A stretch of 64,000 nt of DNA from Octopus bimaculoides (Eukaryota), in contig NC_068986.1 of the NCBI RefSeq assembly GCF_001194135.2, positions 9,858,775-9,922,774 of the forward strand, in the 5' to 3' direction. This document shows, one piece after another, positions 50,175 through 62,712 of the stretch. Each line of letters opens with the position of its first letter. Position 1 is the stretch's first letter. Position numbers and translations under genes: made by a program. The notes below the pieces were generated by a model that was not told the DNA's origin, searched no databases, and saw nothing but the letters and a program-made list of their open reading frames with translations.

Positions 50175-50915
50175 TTAAGAGACTTTGAGGGTTTCTGTGT
50201 TGTTCAGGTGTACAAAGGGAATGGCACAAGATAAAATTATGTCAATTTTTGAAGAAAATACTAGTGTAGGTAAGATGACTAGATAGAGGTAATGTTTTTG
50301 TTTTTCAAGTAAAGGATCTTTTCACAGGCATTCAGGGGGTGTGAAGGGAGCTGATGAATTATTGATAGAAATTAAAACACTCCTACTTAGCAAAGAACTC
50401 TTTTATGGTGCAAATATAAACAGACTTCTCTCAGTTTTCATCCACCAAAATCCAGTGACAAGGCCAAAGGCTATGGGAAATACTTGTCCGAAGTGCCACA
50501 GACTGGGACTGAACCTGAAACCACATGGTTGGGAAGCAAATCAGTCAAAGCCAAACAGCTATGCCTAATGACTTTACAGGTGTCCTTTGAAGAAGGCTTA
50601 CAAAGCCTCTGCAGAGAGGTAGTGCAAGTCTAGCAGGAGATGGCTGCTGTGTGTGTGTGGGTGGGTGGAGCTTTGTGAAGGAGTGAAAGGGGTTGGTTGA
50701 ATACAAGGGGACATTTGAGTTGGGGGAGAGAGACCATGTCAGTGCTACAACTGATACAACATATCTGATTGGGTGGGAAGGGAAAGAAAAAAAAATAAGG
50801 GGTGGGGTGGGGGTGGATACCAAAAAAACAAGGATTTACATTTGAAGTGATATTTAGCCTTCAGTGATTGGACTAATAATCCTTTCTACTAATGGCACAA
50901 GGCATGAAATTTTGG

Positions 50916-51170
50916 GGGATGGCATGTGGCTTAGTGGTTAGGGCATTTGACTCACAATCATAAGGTCATGAGTTCAATTCCTGTCGATGCGTTGTGTCCT
51001 TGAACAAGACACTTTATTTCACGTTGCTCCAGTCCACTCAGCTGGCAAAAATGAGTCGTACCTGTATTTCAAAGGGCCAGGCTTGTCACACTTTGCGTCA
51101 TGCTGAATCTCCCTCTGAACTATGTTAAGGGTACATGTGTCTGGAGTGCTCAGCTACTTGCACGTTCCTT
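50916..51170 (+). mobile_element. tRNA-derived SINE family C
   Basis: TGGCTTAGTGG A-box, GAGTTCAATTCC B-box, then GTGTCCTTGAACAAGACACTT...CACTCAGCTG. Related pieces near 27830 (+) and 53660-53807 (-). Confidence 0.75.
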
Positions 51171-54100
51171 CAATTTGTAAAAAGCACCCACTACACTCTT
51201 GGAGTGGTTGGCATTAGGAAAGGCATCCAGCTGTAGAAGACTTGCCAGATCAGATTGGAGCCTGGTGTGGCCCCCTGGCTTGCCAGTCCTCAGTCAAACC
51301 GTCCAATCCATGCCAGCATGGAAAACGGATGTCAAACGATGATGATCATGAGGTTAGTCGATTGCACTGACCCAACTGGTACTTATTTTATTGACCCTGA
51401 AGGTGTGAAAGGCAAAGTCGGCCTCGGTGAAATTTGAACTCAGAACATAAAGGCAGACAAAATGCCACAAAGCATTTCGCCTGGCGTGCTAATGAATCTG
51501 CCAGCTGGAGCCACCCTAGTGATTGAACTGTAGGCTGTCACTGACATCTAAAAGCTAGATGCAAAGTTTCGGGCTTTGCTCCACTGGGGATGTCTGTGTG
51601 TCTACAATGGAAGGGAAAACTGAGTTCTTATTTGAGACTCAGTGCACACTCAGGTGCTTTACAAATAACAGACATCAATCAACTCGACTGAGCAACACTA
51701 AACATCAAGGTCAAACTTTGACCAATCTGCTTCTAATTCTACCTAATTCCTTCCTTTAGAACCTTCACAATGGGCCAATATGGATTATTATGATTTCAGC
51801 TGAAAATATTTTCCTTCAACCAATTTTTAAATTTGAAGACTGAACGTTCAGGTTTTCTATTTAGCTGCAAAAACGAGCAGTGTGTGTTGAGTCACCAGGG
51901 CTGGGTTGGGCCCAAGATCAAGCCACTGTCAGCAGTCAAGCTCCCTGCCCCTCTTAGCTCTCAGTCATTACTGAAATGATAGAATTCAAGGACAATATTG
52001 TGAAACTGAATATTTCATTGGGTTCCAGTGTTGGGTAAAATAATCTTGTGGTTAAGCTAGGCCATCACTGTATCCAAAGAACTATTAAAATTCAACTCAA
52101 CGATTCAGAAATCAGTCATAGATGTAGAGACGCAGAAAAGAACACGCACACACACACACACTTAACACCAATGAAGATTACACAAGTCTCAAACTACATT
52201 GATCTGATTAAATGCAAGAGCAACNNNNNNNNNNNNNNNNNNNNNNNNNNNNNNNNNNNNNNNNNNNNNNNNNNNNNNNNNNNNNNNNNNNNNNNNNNNN
52301 NNNNNNNNNNNNNNNNNNNNNNNNNNNNNNNNNNNNNNNNNNNNNNNNNNNNNNNNNNNNNNNNNNNNNNNNNNNNNNNNNNNNNNNNNNNNNNNNNNNN
52401 NNNNNNNNNNNNNNNNNNNNNNNNNNNNNNNNNNNNNNNNNNNNNNNNNNNNNNNNNNNNNNNNNNNNNNNNNNNNNNNNNNNNNNNNNNNNNNNNNNNN
52501 NNNNNNNNNNNNNNNNNNNNNNNNNNNNNNNNNNNNNNNNNNNNNNNNNNNNNNNNNNNNNNNNNNNNNNNNNNNNNNNNNNNNNNNNNNNNNNNNNNNN
52601 NNNNNNNNNNNNNNNNNNNNNNNNNNNNNNNNNNNNNNNNNNNNNNNNNNNNNNNNNNNNNNNNNNNNNNNNNNNNNNNNNNNNNNNNNNNNNNNNNNNN
52701 NNNNNNNNNNNNNNNNNNNNNNNNNNNNNNNNNNNNNNNNNNNNNNNNNNNNNNNNNNNNNNNNNNNNNNNNNNNNNNNNNNNNNNNNNNNNNNNNNNNN
52801 NNNNNNNNNNNNNNNNNNNNNNNNNNNNNNNNNNNNNNNNNNNNNNNNNNNNNNNNNNNNNNNNAAAAAAAAAAAAAAAAAAAAAAAAAAAAGAAAAAGA
52901 AAAAAAGGTTTCCTAGGTAATTAAAGTGCAACTTAGGAATATAAGGCCATCTTTTATGTAGTGATTCAAATAAGTTACCAATAAGCATGCAGAATTTACA
53001 GGAACAGGAGAAAAAAAAAATATGTGTATATATATATATATATATTTATAGAACTCAAGTTTAGAAAGAAAAATGCACATCGCCAACATGTTGTTGGGGG
53101 CCATTGTAGCTAGCCCAACAGTAAGCCGCAGAACCATACACAGAGCAGTCTTACTGTGACGTGGTGACTGACTTGCCTGTAGAATTTCTTTGGGGTCCAA
53201 AGCCAGGTCACAAGCAAGCTCTCTCTCCCTCTCTCTCTCTCTCCCACCCAATATGTACCCAAACTCAAAACTGAAACCATAAACAGGCAGAAAATATTTT
53301 TTTTTTATTTCAGCCTTTTATAAAGAGAAGAAGAAGAAGAAAAAAAAAAATCAAGTTTCAGATAAATTTGAAAATGTTAAATCTGCAAATCAAGCATATA
53401 TAACATTAGCAAAGACTTCAAAACACTGGAATGTTACATATAAATGGGTGTTAGTTTTAGAATTATTCTTCATTTTGAAAGAGAATGACTGAATACATTT
53501 TCAACCTAACGGGTAGTATGTGGCTATATCATAGGATTGATCAGACTATTGGACATTCTCATACACCACTCGTCACAATGTGTTTCAAATGATGCCACCC
53601 TGTCGACTAGCCGAGAAAGTCAACATTCCCCCACAATTGGGGGGGTCGTCTGTTTTAGGGCGACTCATCTGTAGCTGAGTGGACTAGGGCAATGTGAAAT
53701 GAAGTGTTTTGCCCAGGAGCACAACAGGATACCGGCTCAACGGATTGAACCCACAATCACCAGATCGTGAATGCAATGTCTCTAATGACTAGGCCACATG
53801 ACTTCACATGTGTAAATATAAATGCGTTAATTTAATAACTACAATTAGTTTAATAGTTAATGAGCTCCTGCAACTCAATCTGTGCCGCCCCACACGTAGC
53901 TCACTAGGTGGAGCATCAGGCTTAATATGACAGTTACAGGCTCAAGTCCTCAGTAGGAGCACTTTGATGTCAGTGTCCTAGCCTGACCACCCCCACTTTG
54001 CTAGAGACTAAGAGAGCAAACTTGTGCATATGCGAGATATTCTATAATTACTTTTGCTTTTTTTTTTATGTTCAGTTATAATAAAAACAATTTTATTCTT

Positions 54101-56056
54101 CTTATACAAGAATATTATTGACACTGACTTCCAACTTTCGGCCAGTTAGTGTATGTATACACACACACACAAACTTGAAACAGCTGTTGATCTTAAGGTG
54201 TAAGTTCATCACTTTCCTCCCATAATCTGTACAGCCCCTGATGTTCATTGAACAATCCTTTCCACCAATCACTTGATCTTTGTCAAGTTACACTCTTGCT
54301 GTCATATATACTGCTATTTTGACAGCTTCTGTTTTTTTTTTTTTTGGATTCTGCTCACTGCAGACTTTTAAATTGCTTCATCTTTGTGCCACATCCTCTA
54401 GGTTATTCTACACTTTCTTCCCCACCACCTTCATTTCTGCCCATGACTTCTCTTTCATCAGTTACCCTTGAGAAATCCAAAACCAACAATAATTCTACGA
54501 ATCTTAGTTCTCTCTCCGAACTGAAAAGTCTTGGAAGTCATAAAAATATTTAAAAGCTACCAGCCTTTCTATTCAGACAAATTAACAGTTGATGCATTTA
54601 TATATAAAATCAACAAGTTTTCTTTCAAAATTACAAAACGGTAGAAAAAGCTGATGCATCTGGAAAGTTCTAGAAAGGATTCCTTCTACCATTCCTTGTT
54701 TGGAAATGAGATAAAAGAAATTGTTAAAAAAGAAATATTTAAAAACAAACAAACATGGGAATTGAAATGTAGAAATCATAACAGTACACATATTGAAAAC
54801 TTGTTCCTTAGAGTGATTTATTAGAAATGAAAAATACCCCAAGTATACACAATGAGCTATACATTAAATAGGTAGGGGGGTCGGGGGGACAGCAGGGCAG
54901 GGGGAGGGGTTGAGAATATGNNNNNNNNNNNNNNNNNNNNNNNNNNNNNNNNNNNNNNNNNNNNNNNNNNNNNNNNNNNNNNNNNNNNNNNNNNNNNNNN
55001 NNNNNNNNNNNNNNNNNNNNNNNNNNNNNNNNNNNNNNNNNNNNNNNNNNNNNNNNNNNNNNNNNNNNNNNNNNNNNNNNNNNNNNNNNNNNNNNNNNNN
55101 NNNNNNNNNNNNNNNNNNNNNNNNNNNNNNNNNNNNNNNNNNNNNNNNNNNNNNNNNNNNNNNNNNNNNNNNNNNNNNNNNNNNNNNNNNNNNNNNNNNN
55201 NNNNNNNNNNNNNNNNNNNNNNNNNNNNNNNNNNNNNNNNNNNNNNNNNNNNNNNNNNNNNNNNNNNNNNNNNNNNNNNNNNNNNNNNNNNNNNNNNNNN
55301 NNNNNNNNNNNNNNNNNNNNNNNNNNNNNNNNNNNNNNNNNNNNNNNNNNNNNNNNNNNNNNNNNNNNNNNNNNNNNNNNNNNNNNNNNNNNNNNNNNNN
55401 NNNNNNNNNNNNNNNNNNNNNNNNNNNNNNNNNNNNNNNNNNNNNNNNNNNNNNNNNNNNNAAGTAGCTGGGCTAAAGTCCTCTTCTATCCCCTCACCTG
55501 CATAAACTGTACATAACAATCAATACCCATCAGGTTAATTAGGCTTATGATCTAATGAAAACTCCTAAATAGGCAGGTTTCTTAAAAAATAGACATTTTG
55601 TAAGGAAAAGAGATTAAGTTTGTTTAATGGAGAGGTATTTAATAAAAAAAATTTAAAAAAAAAAGGAAAAAAATATACATTTGCTTGTTTTTTTTTTTTC
55701 TTTTTTCTCAAGGAGTGAACAGTCACAAAATGATTGTGAAATAAGAACGAGGGGCAAGGGAGCAGGAGGAATAACAGGTTTAGCAGCTGAAGACTTGAGC
55801 CAACCAGCAAGAACAGCAGTAGCAGCAGCAAGCCCAAGCTGAAGAATAATAATAATAGTAGTATTGACGAGCTTACCAATTACTGCTGTAATTACCAATC
55901 AGACTGTCACTGCTAGAGAATTTAGTGATTCCCGTTGTGACACTCACCAATGAGGTGGACACTCTAAGTTGGTGGCAATAAGGAGGGAGAAGTAGAAGAA
56001 GAGGAAGAAAAAAAAGAGAGAAAGAAAAAAGAAAATAAACAGCTCTAACATAACAT

Positions 56057-56196
56057 TTAGAACCTCCCTGCTTGTTGCGGTGATTGTGTTGTCGTTGCTG
56101 GTTGATTCATTATGACACCACGTGGATATGGGTTGTAAGGAGCACGAATGCCTATTGCTGGTGGCACAGTGGCTGGCATTCGAGTGAGAATCGGGC
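56057..56196 (-). CDS. ZNF207: ZNF207/BuGZ-like terminal coding exon ((G)PILTRMPATVPPAIGIRAPYNPYPRGVIMNQPATTTQSPQQAGRF*)
   Basis: ATTTCAG| phase-1 acceptor compatible with the upstream donor; Pro/Gln-rich tail ending GRF*, resembling the GGRY end of vertebrate ZNF207. Confidence 0.75.
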
Positions 56197-56657
56197 CTGA
56201 AATTGTCAAAAGGTTTTTAGAATAAGTGACGAAAAAAGACAAAAAAAAAGACTAGAAGAATAATCATTAAAATGTTAAAGAAAATCATTTTACACAAAGT
56301 CAGAATTAAAGTAAATGCAATGTTAGTTTTCTATTTCTGGGATCCATTTGCCATTTAAAGTGCATCCACTTCACATTGTAAAGTGGTTGGCATTTGGAAG
56401 GGCATCAAGCTGCAAAAAAAAAAAAACTTGCCAAAGCTAACCTCACATGTGCTTGTGCCCTGTAGAAAGCACTAAGTCCACTCTGCTGAATGGTTGATGT
56501 TAGGAAGGGCATCCAGCTGTAAAAACCCTACCAAAACAGCCACAAAAGTCTGGTGCAGGCTTCTGCCTTGACTGGCTCCTGTGAAACCATTCCACCCATG
56601 CCAGCATGGAAGGCAGACGCTGAACTATGTGATGATGGTGATTTGTACATTCTTTAA

Positions 56658-56878
56658 CCTTTTAGCATTTAAACTGATCGTACCCAGACCAAATATTCTA
56701 CCTATTTTATGTTCAAACTAGCCAGATCCAGCCTCTCACACCTACCCAACAATGTCATTCTAAAAACAAACAATCACATTGTCAAAATCTCAAGGCTATG
56801 AGATGATGCATAATTAATTTGAAACAATGTGAATAAATAAGGATTACATTTGATAGAGTAATCAGAAATGCTGAAGGG
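56658..56878 (+). mobile_element. piggyBac-type MITE, family 2
   Basis: TTAA-CCTTTTAGCATT ... AATGCTGAAGGG-TCAA; same interior as 16846-17065. A partial copy lies near 37640-37810. Confidence 0.7.
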
Positions 56879-56913
56879 TCAATCACTTGCAAACAGTTCA
56901 AAATTTCTCCAAG

Positions 56914-56954
56914 ACACCTGATGAAGGCTGGAGGGTATATCAGCCGAAACGTGT
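56914..56954 (+). ncRNA. Degenerate hammerhead lacking the cleavage triplet
   Basis: ACAC-CTGATGA-A-GGCTG-GAGGGTATAT-CAGCC-GAAA-C-GTGT: stem I and II pair, but stem III/UH appears deleted. Confidence 0.5.
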
Positions 56955-58289
56955 TAACAACAAACAAAATGAGGACAGATATCCATCAAATGTAAATAAT
57001 ATACATAATTCCTCATCTCTTAAATATAGAACTGCATGTAAAGGTTGTTTTCTAAATTCTTTCTATTCTGGTGATTATAGAGCGTTGAGATGTTGTGGTG
57101 AAGGAGTATATTCTTAGTGAGAGTGGCTCTCTTACCATTAATACCAAAGGGAACATGGCACGGAAGTGTTACAATGAAAAAATACAAAAGAGAGGACCTG
57201 CCGCAAGCAGACTCACTCGTCCAAATTAACAGTGAATACAGTAGAAAGACTGGTCACAAGTGTCATCATCATCTTCCAGGTTGGTAAAGGCCAGAGGCCT
57301 GCTGCACCAAGCGCCACTGTCTGCTTCAGCATGGTTTCTACAGCTGGATGCTCTTCTTGATGGACGGGGTGCATTTTACATGACACCACAAAACTTGCAA
57401 GACAAAAATCCCTCAACTGAGAGGGGAAATGATACTGAGGGAGGCGGCTTTGTGCCATGTGAAGAGAGGTTAAACTAGGGACAGAGGGTGGGGATATGCC
57501 AGGGCATAAATCTGAAGGATTATAAAAAGAAATGTAATGGCAGAGGATTATCATCATCATTGTTTTACGTCCGCTTTCCATGCTGGCATGGGTTGGACGG
57601 TTTGACTGAGATCTGGAGAGCCAGAAGCTGCACCAGGCTCCAATCCGATCTACAATCTGTTTCTACAGCTGGATGCCCTTCCTAATGCCAACCACTCCGA
57701 GAGAGTAGTAGGTGCTCCAGCACAGGAGCCAGTCAGGCAGACTCAATGGCAAAAGCAACTGGACCAACAAATACAGTGACTGAAATGCTGAATGGACCAG
57801 GTGGGTGGGGAGATTGTGTGCATCATCAATGAGGTAGTTGCTGTAGTAGTATTGTCTTATTAACTGCTACAAAAGTAAAACGAAATGTAAGAGAGAGATG
57901 ATGATATAATACCATGTATTTGATCGATCAGATACTGATGTGAATTAGATTAGAATTAAAAACCGTATTAAGAAAAAAAATATTTCCAAAATACATAATC
58001 ATAGATTTCGAAACAATTTCAAAGTCAGAATTTCATCCTAAACATCAAAAGGGTTATAATACAACAAGGTCCAGTGATTTCAATTTACTCCAGATTGAAA
58101 TTATTGCATTGGTGCAACACAACAGTTCTTACCAAACTAGAGCAAGCTGCTTTACACCAATATCTACCTGCTATTTTCTGGAGAATATGTCAAGCTAGGA
58201 TCAAATTCAATTCGAATCTCTACAGTAAACCACCAGTTTGGTCTAAGATTGCTGGTTTCAGGAGTTGATTGACCATGTGACAACATCAT

Positions 58290-59290
58290 TGCAGGAGTTA
58301 GAGTGCAATTAAGAACAGAATTAATTTAGATGAGGCAGTTTGACTTTGTCCTGTTAAAAGGACACTATTAATGTTGGCGAGACAAGCGCAGGAGAAATAT
58401 TAGCTAAAAGTAAGCTGTTGTAACTTGCACATACTGACCAGGAGAAGGGTTTTGATAGTTCCATGATTTATTATGTGATGAATGTTAAGGAAACCCAGAC
58501 GAATTTCTTGTACAAACTATATACACAGGTATATGCAGCAAGGTCAGTGTTAGCTATGTGAACAGTGACAAGTTTAGAGTGCAGGTTGGGGTCTATTTGG
58601 GCCTGGTCCTCAGCCCTTTCTGTCCATTGTAGTCTTCCAAGATATAACAGGAGTTTAAGACTGTTAGTCCATGGGAACTCTCATGTGTTGATGATTTAGT
58701 TCTGAGAATTAAATCTAATGTTGATTTACAGAAGAAATTTTAGATAAGTAAAGAAAACTAGAATAGAGAAACCTCAAACATAGCAAATAGTAAATTTTAT
58801 TAAATATGAAAAAAGATAGGGTTCTGGTGCCGGGTTTGATATGCAAGAAGAGGAGGAGACAGAAATTCTGCATGGATGCCTAGGAGGAATAAATTAATTA
58901 ACCGTAGGTGCAAGTGTTCTAAGAGCACAGTGGTTTGTGTAAGAATGTGTTATCGCCTCTGATAGCAATAAAGAACTGCTCTCTCAGAATGAGGAGTAAA
59001 TCATTTAATGTTTGTATGTAATGCTACATGGTGGCAGCACATGGGCCTTGGCTGCAGAGCATTTGCAAAGACTAGAAATGAAGTGAGCACACACTGCTGG
59101 ATGCTGGAGTACAAATGAGGGTAGAGAGAAACCAGATACCAAAGGAATCAGATGTAGTGTGCAAGAGAGAAAAACTGAACTGGTATAGGCATGTGATGTG
59201 CAAGAAAGTAGTGAATGCTCCAAGTGGAGTGACCCTGTGAAAGATGGAGATTGAGGACGACAAGAGACAAAGCATTAAAGGCAGTTCACA
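58290..59290 (+). mobile_element. Old, heavily degraded RTE reverse transcriptase
   Basis: Disrupted IRNRINLDE.QF.FV..., RQ.QEKY..K, D.EK.FD, F.V.VGV..G.VLSP.L, DDLVL and G.R.W..HV motifs with many stops. Confidence 0.65.
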
Positions 59291-60083
59291 AGAAGTTACA
59301 CTTCACAAAGACAAAGGATTCTGAGGGTTAGCCCCTCATAACTTAACAGTAAGTATTACCCTTCTGTATTAATAGCTACCATTTCAGGTCACTCATGGTC
59401 AACACACACACACACACTTACATCAACCAATTTCTAGAACCACCACTCGCTTCTCTTACTAACATGTAGCTGCCCTTAGTGACCTCTTCTCTCTCTCTCA
59501 TTGCTTAACTGTCTCCTTCTTTACTTCACCTAGCATTGATTATTTTCTCCCATTACTGTTTCTTCCACCATACTCTCTCAATTCTTCTCTTCTCTCCTAC
59601 CCTGATTCATCTTCTGCCTATTCTGTTGCTTACACTGCCTTCTTGAACAAAAAGAGACAACACACAATGGTCAGCTCTCTTTTGTCTTGCACTAATGCCA
59701 CAACCAAATACTTCCAATTCATTTTGTAAAGTGGCTGGGGGTTTAGGAAAAGTACTGAGCTGCAGAAACTATGTAGAAAATAAAACACAAGTGAGACATG
59801 TCCCCCTCCCCCATCTCCCTACTCGTCTTGGACGGCAGAAACTGAATAAGAACTGATTTGGACTGTGATGACCCATCAAACCCATGCCAGAAGAGAGAAT
59901 GGATGTAAAACCAATGGCTTTGTAAACAAGCATTTATTGTGGAATATAAGAAATGCAGTTGTACATATTTATGCATTCATTCATATTTGTCGCTCTGTTT
60001 GATATATATGAGGAATATAAGAGGAGGGTTTAAAAGAGAAAATAATATTTACTGACCAGACAGCATTCCAGATGTCATCATAC

Positions 60084-60147
60084 CTTGTACAGGCCGAGGC
60101 GACTGAGTGGCTTTTTTATACTTAGGGAGACTGGCACGTCTTTCTTC
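60084..60147 (-). CDS. ZNF207: ZNF207/BuGZ-like exon (EERRASLPKYKKATQSPRPVQ)
   Basis: TTTTATAG| acceptor; EERRA.LPKY completes the GLEBS motif in phase 0. Donor either G|GTATGA (60084) or in-frame G|GTCAGT (60057). Confidence 0.9.
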
Positions 60148-61374
60148 CTATAAAAGCAATAATAATACATCACTTGTAGAAATTAAAACAAACATCGTAG
60201 GTCTTCGATATCTAATAGACTGTTTCAGACATTCCTCAATGACAGAAAATTACAGCAAGACGACTTTAGTTTTTTGGGGAAATTAAAAACAAAGAAAAAT
60301 GTAGTGCATCATTCACTTACTGATCAAGTAATTCTTCAACGGAGAAAGATGGCCACCTCAACCATTTGCTGAGTTCTAGGACATTAGTAGGAATTTTCAA
60401 AGCAACATTATCTAGAATCTGTAACATTTATTTTTAAATCTAGGAGGACAGCATCAGGCAGGTAAATATATCTACATTTATGATGTTAACAGACTTTGAA
60501 ATTCAAATTTGCCACTTTAAAAATACAAGAACGGAAAACGGTCAACGGCATAAAATCACAAGGAATTTGCTGAAGAAAGTTGAAAGACTTCCAACCAGAG
60601 ATCAAAAAATCACTGCTGGGTCACAGTGCCCAATACTGACAGCATCTATGTACACAAACATCAAACTCCAGATTTAAAAGTAAGCAGCAAATAAAACTGA
60701 CATTCAACCGGGGGTCCCCCCACCACCACCACCAAAGGCATAAATGATATGAGTGATGGGCTGGTTTTTTTTACCATGAATAGAAATCACATCACACATT
60801 TCACTCCCCAGAATATACGACACCACCAGCCAAGGATTTAGTTGGCATTATCTTGGTTGCATTGCTGAGTTATGTCTGCCGCCAATATACTCAAGCCTCA
60901 CAAGGCGGTGAGCTGGTAGAAACATTGGCACGCCAGGCAAAATGCTTAGCGGTATTTTGTCCATCTTTATGTTCTGAGTTCAAATTCCGCTGAGGTTGAC
61001 TTTGCTTTTCATCCTTTCAGCGTCAATAAATTAAGTACCAGTTGCGTACTGGGGTTGATCTAATTGACTGACCCCCTCCCCAAAAATTTCTGGCCTTGTG
61101 CCTAGAGTAGAAAAGAATATACTCAAGTCACACTAGCCAAGTTGAATTAATTCCTTAGAAATAGCACAAAATTAATCGACTGATTGTTGCTAAGTAAATG
61201 GGAACACTTAATATACAAGTTTCAACACTTCCAGTGAATAAAGCTTCATGAGATAAGATGACCTTGAACTTCCCCTCATAAAGAACACTGTTTATCAGCT
61301 TGAAACCTCAAGTTAGAGAGATAATATTCAGTTGTGAAAGTTGCATTGTTTTACAAGAGCCTTGGTCAGTTTAT

Positions 61375-61760
61375 CATCATCGTTTAATGTCCATTTTCCA
61401 TGCTGGCATGGGTTGGACAGTTCGACTGGGATGTGAGAAGCCAGGAAGCTGCACCAGGCTCCAGTCTGATCTGGCAGTATTTCAACAGCTGGATGCCCTT
61501 CCTAACGCCAAACCACTCTGAGTGTAGTGGGTGCTTTTTACATGCCACAGGCACGGAAGCCAGTCAAGGCGGCGCTGGCATCGGCCATGTTCGGATGGTG
61601 CTTTTTATGTGCCACTGGCACGGGGATCACAACTACAATTTCCATTTGATTTTGATGTACTTGACTCAATAGGTCTCCTCAAGCACAGCATGTTGCCCTA
61701 CGATCCAAGGTACCTTTGAGTGGGCTGGGGCTGGTTATGTGACACTGGTGTAGGCTTCAG
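61375..61760 (-). mobile_element. RTE 3' UTR-only copy
   Basis: Colinear with 62720-63150, including ACAACTACAATTTCCATTTGAT and the tail motif. Confidence 0.8.
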
Positions 61761-62216
61761 CTGTGAACTCATTTTAGTGAAGCAAAAGTTCCAAATAGTA
61801 ACAAAAACCAGGTCAAAGACTTGATTCAGACAAGAACTTGACCATCACACAACTGTACACCACATACACCACTACCTTGAGAAGAATAGCAAAATTAATT
61901 TTACATTTTCACTTTGAATGTTTTTTTTGTTTAAATCAGGTTTTTTTAAAAAACCCTTTAACAGTTATTTGAAAGGGGGGGGGGGGGAAAGAAATTTAAA
62001 TAATTCAAAATATAGCAAAAATAAAAGACAGGAATTTAAGGAGGGAAAGGATATTTTTATACACACAACATGCATACACAGGCATACATTTTATGTGTGT
62101 GCAAGTGGAAGAGAAAGAAATGTGTCGAGATAAGACTCCAAGATGGTAGCTGTTAAGAAGTAAGAAGATGGAAGAGAGCCAGTCAACCGATGCCACAAAC
62201 CCACACATAAACTCAC

Positions 62217-62438
62217 CAGCGATATGTCTTCATCCGGATGCATCAACTTCGACGTTAACCCTGATGCTGATTCTGGTTTACGGATAATAGGTGCTCCTGA
62301 TATTGTGGCACTGGGGGAGATTGATGTTGTGACAGCAGCTGCTGAAGGAAATGTTGGTTTTATCTGTGCCATTGCTTGGCTTATAGCTGTGGTGGGTTTG
62401 AAATCTGGTCCAACTGGTCGCGATGTGCTAGTCTGTGT
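62217..62438 (-). CDS. ZNF207: ZNF207/BuGZ-like exon (TQTSTSRPVG...SATISGAPIIRKPESASGLTSKLMHPDEDISL)
   Basis: TTTAACCAG| acceptor, CTG|GTGAGT donor; SKL.HPDEDISL is the first half of the BuGZ GLEBS (Bub3-binding) motif. Confidence 0.9.
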
Positions 62439-62712
62439 CTGGTTAAAAACAAAAATGAAAACATTGATCAATATTTAGCATCAAATACGACAGACAGGTT
62501 ACAACAGATAATGTTGAGGAGACAGGCTCAATCTACACTAGCATAAAAAAAAAAGAAAAAGGAAAAAGATACTACAGTGGTGCTTTATAAATATATCATT
62601 ATGGTCCTTAACTCCTCCATTGCTACTGATCGACATCCCTTCTTGTCTTAATCTGCTAATCCTAGCACCCTCACATTTGATATCCCAACTATTTTCCTGT
62701 ATCTTTAGTTAT

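Noticed and set aside
50916-50985. Possible tRNA gene
   Set aside because: The A/B boxes run straight into a SINE body, and no acceptor stem or terminator is evident.
3475-55519. Long ORFs in the track made mostly of X
   Set aside because: They only read through N-gaps and are not evidence of coding.
57215-57247. 33-nt in-frame cassette exon candidate in ZNF207 (minus)
   Set aside because: Good donor, but the acceptor lacks a pyrimidine tract and lies at a retroelement tail.
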